A stretch of DNA of 30,925 nt from IMG/VR virus record IMGVR_UViG_3300035162_005120, positions 1 through 30,925 of that record; one strand, 5' to 3'. Shown here piece after piece: positions 9,056 through 17,254 of this stretch (position 1 is its first letter; the number at the start of each line of letters is the position of its first letter). A program made the translations under genes and the position numbers. A model generated the notes under the pieces. It was not told the DNA's origin, made no database searches, and was given only the letters and a program-made list of their open reading frames with translations. Source of the stretch: a virus (taxonomy: Duplodnaviria > Caudoviricetes).

Positions 9056-10167
9056 AAAATTTAAAAGAAACTTACTATGGGAAAAAGATCGATCATATGA
9101 ACATCCTAAATATTGAAGACTCTAAGAAATGGCTATCAGGAAGAGAATGTATTGTCGTGACTGGTGTTACAGGTCAGGATGGGAGTCATATGGTGGATTT
9201 TCTTCTTGAAAATACCGATTATATTATTTTTGGTTGCGTTCGCCGTTTGAGCGTTTATAATCACGATAATATTTCTCACATCAAAAGTGATAGATTTAGA
9301 TTGATTAATTTTGATCTTACTGACTCAAACCTCATCGCCAGAACAGTTGAGTCTTTAAAGCCAAAATATTTTATTAATCTAGCTGCTCAAAGCTTTGTCG
9401 GCAGTAGTTGGGATTTCGCTTTACAGACTTGGGAAGTTAACTGCACTTCTGTTTTAAATATTCTTGAGGCTATTAGGCTACACAAACCCGAATGCAGGTT
9501 TTATCAAGCGGGTTCATCTGAGGAGTTCGGAGATGTCATTACTGCTCCTCAAGACGAGTCACACCCTTCAAGACCTCGCAGTCCATATGGAGCCTCTAAA
9601 TCAGCTTCGAGACAGCTTGTCAAGGTCTGGAGGGATTCTTATGGTCTTTATGCTATCCAAGGTTGGTTGTTTAACCATGAAGGGACTCGCCGTGGAGAAG
9701 AGTTTGTTACTCGTAAGATCAGTACGAATGTAGCTAGAATTAAAAACGAATACCCAAGTGGAGAGTTCTCTCCTTTGGAATTAGGCAATATTGATTCAAA
9801 AAGGGATTGGAGTGATGCCGAAGATTTTGTAGAGGGGATTTGGTTGATGCTTAATCAAGAAGAGCCAAAAGAATATGTTCTTTCTTCTGACGAGACGCAC
9901 TCTATTAGGGAGTTCGTTGAAGAGGCTTTCAACTTCGCAGGTTTTGCGGTAGAAGAATGCGAGTGGGTAGGGAAGGGCGTGGATGAAAAATACCTTCACG
10001 AAGGAAAAGTCTTGATGCAAATCAATCCAGATTTCTACCGTCCTGCTGAAGTAGAGTTGTTATGGGGCAATTCGTCAAAGGCCCGTATAGACTTAGGTTG
10101 GAAGCCTAAAAGTAGTTTTCTTGATTTAGTCAAAAAAATGGTTGACCATGATTTGGCCCACAGCTAG
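9052..10167 (+). CDS. gmd: GDP-mannose 4,6-dehydratase
   Basis: TGVTGQDGS, NLAAQSFV, FYQAGSSEEFG, PRSPYGASK, FNHE, FVTRKI, RDW, YRPAEV; start set at the ATGA overlap at 9052 rather than 8992. Confidence 0.95.
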   Translation: MKNLKETYYGKKIDHMNILNIEDSKKWLSGRECIVVTGVTGQDGSHMVDFLLENTDYIIFGCVRRLSVYNHDNISHIKSDRFRLINFDLTDSNLIARTVESLKPKYFINLAAQSFVGSSWDFALQTWEVNCTSVLNILEAIRLHKPECRFYQAGSSEEFGDVITAPQDESHPSRPRSPYGASKSASRQLVKVWRDSYGLYAIQGWLFNHEGTRRGEEFVTRKISTNVARIKNEYPSGEFSPLELGNIDSKRDWSDAEDFVEGIWLMLNQEEPKEYVLSSDETHSIREFVEEAFNFAGFAVEECEWVGKGVDEKYLHEGKVLMQINPDFYRPAEVELLWGNSSKARIDLGWKPKSSFLDLVKKMVDHDLAHS

Positions 10168-10170
10168 TCT
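10142..10170 (+). promoter_or_regulatory. Sigma70-type promoter TTGACC-N17-TAGTCT, leaderless geometry, heading the replication operon
   Basis: -35 at 10142-10147, -10 at 10165-10170, 5 nt, then GTG at 10176. Confidence 0.65.
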
Positions 10171-10175
10171 GTGGC

Positions 10176-10523
10176 GTGAGTAAGCCTAAACCTCTGAACA
10201 AGAGGGAGATAATCTTCCGATTAATCGAAGTCCCCGATAAGGGGAGGAGAGTCTTTTTCGCGAGAGAGATGAAGATGCTTAACGATTTGTGTGATCGTTA
10301 CTCTCAGGAATTTATGTCTATCGTCTCCTTCGGAAAGAAGTTCGATTCGTTAGCTTACCTAGTCAGTGACAAGCTAAAAGGAACTCTCGCTGAAAAATTC
10401 AGAGCTTTCAATTTTACAGTTGACTTATCTAAGTATGAGACTTATGATATAGGTGATAAAGTGGGGCCAGATGGTGATGTGTCCCGCACAAAGAAAACAA
10501 TAAAAGACTTTTTAAATGAGTGA
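10176..10523 (+). CDS. Hypothetical protein
   Basis: 115 aa ORF with GTG start right after a promoter; overlaps the recA-like start by 8 nt; no family recognised. Confidence 0.7.
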   Translation: MSKPKPLNKREIIFRLIEVPDKGRRVFFAREMKMLNDLCDRYSQEFMSIVSFGKKFDSLAYLVSDKLKGTLAEKFRAFNFTVDLSKYETYDIGDKVGPDGDVSRTKKTIKDFLNE

Positions 10524-11634
10524 CAGTATAAATCCAACAGGTATCCTTAATAATTTTCTTAAGGCAAACAAGAGCGACCATTACAACTTTGAAGAGACTA
10601 TAGAGTATAAGGTATCTAGTGGTTCACTCCAATTCGATATGCATCTTGGCGGCGGGTTCGGACCTGGATTGCATCGTTTCACAGGCATTAACGAAGGAGG
10701 GAAAACCTCTGAGTCTCTAGAGGTTATGAAAAACTTCTTGAAGACAATCCCAAAAGCTAGAGGGGTTTACATTAAGGCCGAAGGCAGACTGAGTCCTGAG
10801 ATGCAGAAAAGAAGTGGTGTTAATTTCGTTAATCAGGGCGAATGGGAAGAAGGGACTTGCTTTGTTTATGAAAGTAATATCTACGAATCAGCGATGAGTT
10901 TGATCAAAGAGCTTATCACTAATAATGAAGAAAAAAATCTATATTGTTTTATTGTCGATTCGGTTGACGGCTTGATTAAGCGCGATGATAACGCTAAAAG
11001 TTTTGATGATGCCAACAAAGTCGCAGGAGGGGCATTGATAGCTTCCGACTTCTGTAAAAAAACTAGCGTAGCTCTAGGAAAGCGTGGGCATATGGCTATT
11101 TTCATTAGTCAAGTTAGGGCTGATATTAAAATAGACCCCTATTCAAAAAGCCCGATCCGACAAACCACGGCTACAGGGGGAAATGCATTATTGCACTTCG
11201 CTAATAACATTTTAGAGTTTGAAGCAAGATTTAAAGGTGATCTCATCTTGAAAAACCCCGCTATCAAGACTATTGACCCGAAGAAGAATCCCATTATCGG
11301 TCATATCGCGAAAGTCACGATTAAAAAATCAGCGAACGAGAATACCAACACTACAATTCCATATCCAATTCGTTATGGGAGGACTGGCGGTAATTCAATT
11401 TGGGTAGAAAAAGAAATTATTGACATGCTGTATGGTTGGGAGTTCATCACTAAAGCGGGTGCGTGGTTAAAAGCTACTGATGATTTTATGGAGCTTCTGG
11501 CTACTCAAGATTTTGCCTTCCCAGAAAAGTTTCAAGGAGAAGCTAAATTGTTTAAACATATTGAGGAAGATAAAGAGCTTAGTTCATTCCTTATCAAATA
11601 TTTTAGAGAGCAAGTGGCAGCTGTCGGAGTATGA
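10516..11634 (+). CDS. recA: RecA/UvsX-like recombinase
   Basis: SSGSLQFDMHLGGG, Walker A GINEGGKT, Walker B FIVDSV, IFISQVR, TGGNALLHFA, KAGAW; divergent from cellular RecA. Confidence 0.85.
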   Translation: MSDSINPTGILNNFLKANKSDHYNFEETIEYKVSSGSLQFDMHLGGGFGPGLHRFTGINEGGKTSESLEVMKNFLKTIPKARGVYIKAEGRLSPEMQKRSGVNFVNQGEWEEGTCFVYESNIYESAMSLIKELITNNEEKNLYCFIVDSVDGLIKRDDNAKSFDDANKVAGGALIASDFCKKTSVALGKRGHMAIFISQVRADIKIDPYSKSPIRQTTATGGNALLHFANNILEFEARFKGDLILKNPAIKTIDPKKNPIIGHIAKVTIKKSANENTNTTIPYPIRYGRTGGNSIWVEKEIIDMLYGWEFITKAGAWLKATDDFMELLATQDFAFPEKFQGEAKLFKHIEEDKELSSFLIKYFREQVAAVGV

Positions 11635-12038
11635 AGTTTTTCGATGTAAACGGCAAAGAGAGAAACCTCAAGAACGCTAAAAAATATTTAATCGATTGGG
11701 AAAAACCAAGTCGTAGCAAGTTCCAAACTTCGGTGAAGATTTTCCTTTACGATTATTGGAAAAACGATATAGTGTTCGAAGAGTTCAGAGTGGTAGGGAG
11801 CAGATTGTCTCTGGACTTCTATAATGCTAATAAAAAAATAGCTGTAGAAGTCCAAGGCGCTCAACATACAAAGTTTGTAAAATTCTTCCACAAGAACCGT
11901 TTCAAGTATGCGGAGCAATTAAAAAGGGATATGCAAAAGTTCGATTTCTGCAAAGTCAACGAAATCAAACTGGCTGAGATTTATCCTCAAGACGAAATAC
12001 AAGCTTCCGTATTTAATAATCAAGATATTTATTTATGA
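11631..12038 (+). CDS. Small PD-(D/E)XK endonuclease (Vsr/DUF559-like)
   Basis: EEF...LSLDFY...IAVEVQGAQH...RDMQK pattern. Confidence 0.75.
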   Translation: MKFFDVNGKERNLKNAKKYLIDWEKPSRSKFQTSVKIFLYDYWKNDIVFEEFRVVGSRLSLDFYNANKKIAVEVQGAQHTKFVKFFHKNRFKYAEQLKRDMQKFDFCKVNEIKLAEIYPQDEIQASVFNNQDIYL

Positions 12039-12280
12039 ATTTACCAGATGGCAGTGAAAATCCTGAGTTTTGTATTCCCATCGAAATGGTGGAGAAGATT
12101 TATGAACTATCGGGAGGTGTAGACAAATACAAAGGGGTCATAATGGCTGTTTCCTCAGAGAATGGCAAACCTTTGGTTTATTGCAAATTTGATTGCAGTA
12201 TGACAGAATTTGCGTTAACAAAAGCTTTAGAGGATCATTTGGAGCGTCCGCCTAAAGAAGTAAGTGAAGAAGAACTTTAA
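12035..12280 (+). CDS. Hypothetical protein
   Basis: 81 aa acidic ORF, ATGA-coupled, filling the gap before dnaB. Confidence 0.65.
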   Translation: MNLPDGSENPEFCIPIEMVEKIYELSGGVDKYKGVIMAVSSENGKPLVYCKFDCSMTEFALTKALEDHLERPPKEVSEEEL

Positions 12281-12283
12281 AAG

Positions 12284-13801
12284 ATGATATACAATTTTGA
12301 ACTAGAAAAGCAGTTGCTAGCGGGTTTACTCAAGGAGCCTGAGCGTTTGGCTGAGATATCCAACTTTATAAGCAACTCAGATTTCTATTCTAAGCAAAGC
12401 TCTCTTCATTCTGCTATTTTCCGCATTATCCGACAAGCTATTGATGCTGGAGATGAGATAGACGAAGTCATTATAGCTCAAAGGGTTAACGATATTGGTT
12501 TATCATTTGAAGACAATTTGAATCCTTCAGATTATATTAAGTCTCTGTCTCTGAGGAAAGTCCCAGAAGGCAATATCTTAAAAACAGCCAAGGAGCTAAA
12601 GAAGTATACTATACGTAGGGAAATTTTTGAGTCTTCTCAGGAGATAGCCAAGAAGATGAAGAACATCGCTCCAGAATCCTCTTACAGGGAGATTATAGAG
12701 CTAGCTGACAATGTATACAATTCTCGCATAAACCTCTATGAGATAGGCAACGACACGCCAGAAAACATCTATGAGGAGATGGAGGCTCTAGTGGAGGAGA
12801 GGGGAAACAATCCAGTCACTGAATTTGGCATGATGGGACCACATGAGAAGATCAATGACATCTATGGTTCATTATTGCGAGCGGGGAACATCACTGTGAT
12901 TGTGGCTCGATCTGGAGTAGGTAAGACTCAATTCTGCATGGATTATTCTACCAAAGTTAGCCTGAAGTATGATGTCCCAGTTTTACACTTCGATAACGGT
13001 GAGATGAGCAAAGAAGAATTGATCATGCGTCAATGCGCGGCTTTATCGGGAGTGTCTATGCACTTATTGGAAAGTGGCAAATGGCGGAATGCAGGTCAGG
13101 AGGTAGTCGAAAAGGTCAGATCTGTTTGGCCCAAAATTAGTAAATTAAAATTCTATTACTATAATGTCGGTGGGATGGATGTTGATTCAATGGTTAATAC
13201 TCTAAAAAGGTTTTACTATGCGAAGGTAGGGAGAGGGAATCAAATGGTCTTTTCTTTTGATTACATTAAGACAACCTCTGAAAGCGGTGGCAATAAATCT
13301 GAGTGGCAAGTCGTTGGAGAGATGGTTGATAAGTTTAAAAAGTGTGTTCAAAAAGAGATCTTACACGAAGGTAATCCAGTGATCCCCATGATCACTTCTG
13401 TGCAGTCAAATAGGTATGGCATCACTAATAACAGAAACTCTCAAAATGTAGTGGATGATGAATCCATTGTTTCTCTATCCGATAGGATCACTCAGTTTTG
13501 TTCTCATATGTTTATCTTAAGGAGTAAGACTGGAGACGAAGTAGAGAGTGAAGGGGAACGGTTTGGTAGCCATAAGCTCATCAATGTAAAAGCTAGGCAT
13601 CTAGGAAAGGATATAGCTGGCGCTATAGAACCAGTAAGTATTGGCGACACTTTGAGAAAGAATGCTATTAATTTGAATTTTAATAATTTTAATATTACAG
13701 AGAGGGGTGATTTAAGAGACATCGCTAGAGTATTGAACGGAGAAGAGGAGTTAGATACAAATGAACATAGAGAAGAAATCCCAGACCTCGATCAATTCTG
13801 A
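12284..13801 (+). CDS. dnaB: Replicative DNA helicase, DnaB family
   Basis: N-terminal ELEKQLLAGLL/DFY domain, Walker A ARSGVGKT, GEMS, FDYIK, VQSNR, KARH arginine finger. Confidence 0.9.
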   Translation: MIYNFELEKQLLAGLLKEPERLAEISNFISNSDFYSKQSSLHSAIFRIIRQAIDAGDEIDEVIIAQRVNDIGLSFEDNLNPSDYIKSLSLRKVPEGNILKTAKELKKYTIRREIFESSQEIAKKMKNIAPESSYREIIELADNVYNSRINLYEIGNDTPENIYEEMEALVEERGNNPVTEFGMMGPHEKINDIYGSLLRAGNITVIVARSGVGKTQFCMDYSTKVSLKYDVPVLHFDNGEMSKEELIMRQCAALSGVSMHLLESGKWRNAGQEVVEKVRSVWPKISKLKFYYYNVGGMDVDSMVNTLKRFYYAKVGRGNQMVFSFDYIKTTSESGGNKSEWQVVGEMVDKFKKCVQKEILHEGNPVIPMITSVQSNRYGITNNRNSQNVVDDESIVSLSDRITQFCSHMFILRSKTGDEVESEGERFGSHKLINVKARHLGKDIAGAIEPVSIGDTLRKNAINLNFNNFNITERGDLRDIARVLNGEEELDTNEHREEIPDLDQF

Positions 13802-14828
13802 AGACTTTCAAGGAATTCTAGAGTCTATAGGTTATACTCTTATCGACTGTGGGGATCATTGGAGAGCGCAAGCTCTATACAGAGACGGGGATAATAAAAC
13901 TGCATTAAAAATTTATAAGAATACTGGAGTATGGATGGATTTTGTAGAGAATAGAGGGAGTAAACCTTTCGAAGCTCTTGTCAGCTTGACTACAAAAGAC
14001 AAAAAAGAAACAGAGTCTATCTTGGCGAATTCATATACAGATACTGTATCTATTTACCAACCTAATGAAAAAATCCAAATGGAAAGAATATATCCAGAAT
14101 CGTCCTTAGATAAGTTATTCCCTAACTATAATTTCTATGATAAAAAGGGCATTTCAGAAAAAACTCAAAGAGCTTTCCAAGTCGGGTTGGCTGGAGTTGG
14201 CAAGATGTATAGAAGGATGGTCTTTCCCGTATATAATGAACATAGCCAAATAATTGGATTCTCAGGGAGGAAGGTAGATGAAAATAATACTTATCCTAAA
14301 TGGAAACATATAGGCAAGAGGAATAATTGGGTTTATCCAGCTTTTAATAGCGGTACAGAGGTAGGCGAAGAAATAGAATTTAAAAAGCAAGTAATTTTAG
14401 TAGAAAGTATAGGCGATGCATTGGCACTTTATGAACAGGGTATTAAAAACGTTTTGGTCCTTTTTGGGTTATCTGTTAATAGCAATATTATCAATTATCT
14501 TAGCGGCAGGTCTGTTGTTGATATATGTATTTCTACAAACAACGATTCTGCTAGTCGGGAAAATAGAGGGCTTATCGCGGCAGTAAAAAGCTATATTAAA
14601 TTATCCAGTTATTTCGACTTGGCTAGTTTAAGTGTAAAATTTCCACCTAAGTCTTATAATGATTTCGGTGATGCACATGTAGATGATTGTGACATTAAGA
14701 AATATTGGCTGGAAAAGCCAGTGGATCAAGATGCTCAATTAAAATACATTTGCAATTTTGTCAAAAAAAGCCCATCGAGTTTTACAAAAAAAGAATTTAA
14801 AACAGCCTCACTACTAAGTAATGACTGA
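13761..14828 (+). CDS. dnaG: DnaG-like DNA primase (Toprim)
   Basis: RRMVFPV...IIGFSGR, PKW, VILVESIGDAL, NND at the DxD position, NDFGD; adjacent to dnaB. Confidence 0.8.
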   Translation: MNIEKKSQTSINSEDFQGILESIGYTLIDCGDHWRAQALYRDGDNKTALKIYKNTGVWMDFVENRGSKPFEALVSLTTKDKKETESILANSYTDTVSIYQPNEKIQMERIYPESSLDKLFPNYNFYDKKGISEKTQRAFQVGLAGVGKMYRRMVFPVYNEHSQIIGFSGRKVDENNTYPKWKHIGKRNNWVYPAFNSGTEVGEEIEFKKQVILVESIGDALALYEQGIKNVLVLFGLSVNSNIINYLSGRSVVDICISTNNDSASRENRGLIAAVKSYIKLSSYFDLASLSVKFPPKSYNDFGDAHVDDCDIKKYWLEKPVDQDAQLKYICNFVKKSPSSFTKKEFKTASLLSND

Positions 14829-15846
14829 ACCTCAATCTCCGTTATCAGCGAGTAGAATTAAAACCGCCCAATCGTGTTCTTGGCTTTATTGGTCTAAGTA
14901 TAAGTTGGGTCTTCCTGAAAAGAGTAATGATGGGGCTAGGAGAGGTTCTATATGTCACTTAGTTTTTGAGGTTTTGGGTGTCCCGAAAAGAAAAGCCTAC
15001 TTTGAGAAGATTATTAAGACGCAAGATGTCTTTTCTATTCCCTCCATCGAACGATTGATCTTCAAACACGCAGAGAAAGAGGGCGTAGATGATTCGGATA
15101 ACATACAGATGATGAAAGAGATGATCTTTAATGGTCTCTCGTATGATTTTTTTGGGGGAGATCTATCTGAGCCAACTGAAGAGTATTCAGAAAAAGATTT
15201 CGATATAATTAAGAATGACGGAGAGATAAGCTATAGGATCAGAGGGTTCATAGACAAGCTCTTCCTTTATAAGGACCAGAAATTTGCTCTAATTAGAGAT
15301 TTCAAAACCAGCAAAGACGTATTCAAAGGTAAAGACCATACGGATAACTTGCAAGATCTAATGTACAGTTTAGCGGTGAGGGACTTATTCCCAGATTATG
15401 CTGAGAGAGTCAGCGAGTTTCTTTTCTTGAAATTCGATCTAGATCTCAAAGCGAAGAAAACAGGCATAGTCCGAATGGAGCCTCTCGACTCAGGCGAGTT
15501 GGTTGGGTTTGAATTGCAGCTTACTGAAATTCAGAAATATCTAGACAATTTTACAGAGAAAGATGCGAAACGTAATTTCGCTGCTCGCAAAGGTTTCCCC
15601 TCAGACGGTTCTTTTAGTGGGAAGTTGCTTTGTGGTTTCGCGACTAAGAAAGGAGAACTCAAAAAAGACGGGACTCCCAAATGGCATTGTTCTATGAAGT
15701 TTGATTTCTTTTATTACAAGGTCTACAGCGCAGAAGGGAAAACTATAAAATGCTATTTTGAAGAAGACTTTTCTGAAAAGCTCGTCCCTGATGGCGGGAC
15801 ATACGAAATCAAATATTATAAAGGTTGCCCAGCACATTCTTCTTGA
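14821..15846 (+). CDS. PD-(D/E)XK exonuclease, RecB/AddB/Cas4-like
   Basis: LSASRIKT..SC, RGSICHLVFE, IRGFIDKL, RDFKTSK and Q..MY motifs. Confidence 0.85.
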   Translation: MTEPQSPLSASRIKTAQSCSWLYWSKYKLGLPEKSNDGARRGSICHLVFEVLGVPKRKAYFEKIIKTQDVFSIPSIERLIFKHAEKEGVDDSDNIQMMKEMIFNGLSYDFFGGDLSEPTEEYSEKDFDIIKNDGEISYRIRGFIDKLFLYKDQKFALIRDFKTSKDVFKGKDHTDNLQDLMYSLAVRDLFPDYAERVSEFLFLKFDLDLKAKKTGIVRMEPLDSGELVGFELQLTEIQKYLDNFTEKDAKRNFAARKGFPSDGSFSGKLLCGFATKKGELKKDGTPKWHCSMKFDFFYYKVYSAEGKTIKCYFEEDFSEKLVPDGGTYEIKYYKGCPAHSS

Positions 15847-15871
15847 CTTCGAGAAGATGGTTCCGTATAGT
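15843..15871 (+). promoter_or_regulatory. Sigma70-type promoter TTGACT-N17-TATAGT, leaderless geometry, heading the polymerase genes
   Basis: -35 at 15843-15848 (contains the upstream TGA stop), -10 at 15866-15871, 5 nt, ATG at 15877. Confidence 0.75.
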
Positions 15872-15876
15872 CGGGC

Positions 15877-16629
15877 ATGGTCCCGATATTCAAGTCTACT
15901 TTTTCTATAGGGAAGAGTATTTTAACCTTAGACGATACAGAAAAGGACGGTGGTCCTGACAGCATCTTGTCTATATGTGAAGAGCATAAAATTAAAAATC
16001 TAATATTAGTCGAAGACTCTATGACGGGTTTTGTGACTGCCCACAATAGATGTAAAGAGCGAGAGATAAATCTAATCTTCGGAATTAGAATTACATGCTG
16101 CAACGATGTCAATGAAGACGATAACTCTGATCATAAAATTGTCATTTTCGCCAACAATGATGATGGATGCCGTCTTTTATATCGGATTTATTCTTACGCT
16201 CATACTCGACACGAAGGGAAAGTGGATTTCAAGTTCCTCAACTCCATATGGAATGATAGCGTTGATTTAGTCATTCCATTTTATGATTCTTTCATTTACA
16301 ATAATAATCTCCACTTAAAGAAGTGCGTTCCTGACTTTTCTAAAATCACTCCTGTATTTTGGTTAGAGGAAAATGGGTTGCCTTTTGACCATCTTCTAAT
16401 CGCTAAAGTCCAAAAGTTTGCGTCTAATATCGGAGCTAAATACAAAGATGTAAAAAGCATTCTTTATAAAAACAGGGAAGATGTAGAAGCGTTGCAAACT
16501 TACAAGATCCTATGCAACAGGAACTTTGGCAGAGCTGCGACTCTCAGTAGTCCAAATTTAAATCATTTTGGTAGCCAAGAGTTCAGTTTCGAGTCATACT
16601 TAGACAAGAAGGGAGTCACAAATGAATGA
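15877..16629 (+). CDS. Stand-alone PHP domain of DNA polymerase III alpha, metal ligands degenerate
   Basis: FKSTFSIGKSIL, LVEDSMTGF, LIFGIRI, HKIVIFANNDDGCRLL, VKSILYKNRED and EFSFES align with DnaE PHP motifs. Confidence 0.8.
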   Translation: MVPIFKSTFSIGKSILTLDDTEKDGGPDSILSICEEHKIKNLILVEDSMTGFVTAHNRCKEREINLIFGIRITCCNDVNEDDNSDHKIVIFANNDDGCRLLYRIYSYAHTRHEGKVDFKFLNSIWNDSVDLVIPFYDSFIYNNNLHLKKCVPDFSKITPVFWLEENGLPFDHLLIAKVQKFASNIGAKYKDVKSILYKNREDVEALQTYKILCNRNFGRAATLSSPNLNHFGSQEFSFESYLDKKGVTNE

Positions 16630-17254
16630 ATCATTACTAAGGTTTGATAAAAAACAAAAATATTTAGTCTTTGACACAGAGACTGAAGGGCTGAACTTAA
16701 TTACTTCAAGACCTTGGCAGGTCGCTTGGTTAATAGTAGAAGGGGGGGAGATCTTAGAAAAGCATGACATGTTTTTGGATTGGCCCGATTTAAATGTCTC
16801 AGAGGGGGCTGCTAGAATTACAGGTTTCACAATGAAGGAGTATGACAGGAGAAAAGAAAATCCTCGCGGAGTTTGGAAGAAGTTCTCAAAACATCTCTAC
16901 GATAAAGATACTTTTGTAGTTGGTCAGAATTTATTAGGTTTTGATGTATACATGGTTAATATCTGGCGGAAACTGATGAATTTGGGTAGCGATTACTCCT
17001 ATATAGACAGAATTATTGATACAAGATCGCTAGCTGTCGCCATAACGAAAGAAATCCCAGTTAACAAAGAGGATTTTATTAGTTGGCAATATAGGCTTCT
17101 AAATCATAGAGAGCGTGGATTAAAAACCTCTCAAGCTTACTTGCTCAAGAAATATAATATTGACCACGACACTAAACGATTGCACGATGCACTTTATGAC
17201 ATCGAGATGAATTTTAAAGTTTTCCGCAAACAACTTTTTGACCTAGAAATATGA
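16622..17254 (+). CDS. DEDDh 3'-5' exonuclease (Pol III epsilon-like)
   Basis: ExoI VFDTET, ExoII GQNLLGFD, IIDT, ExoIII HDALYD. Confidence 0.9.
   Translation: MNESLLRFDKKQKYLVFDTETEGLNLITSRPWQVAWLIVEGGEILEKHDMFLDWPDLNVSEGAARITGFTMKEYDRRKENPRGVWKKFSKHLYDKDTFVVGQNLLGFDVYMVNIWRKLMNLGSDYSYIDRIIDTRSLAVAITKEIPVNKEDFISWQYRLLNHRERGLKTSQAYLLKKYNIDHDTKRLHDALYDIEMNFKVFRKQLFDLEI

Noticed and set aside
9464-11680. Alternative-frame + strand ORFs 9464-9733 and 11480-11680
   Set aside because: Nested in gmd and recA, no motifs or initiation signals.
14821-15846. CRISPR-Cas system suggested by the Cas4-like nuclease
   Set aside because: No repeat-spacer array and no other cas genes seen in the window.
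17225-17254. QLFDL at the exonuclease C-terminus as a beta-clamp-binding motif
   Set aside because: Does not match QL[S/D]LF well and no clamp gene is in the window; too weak to claim.
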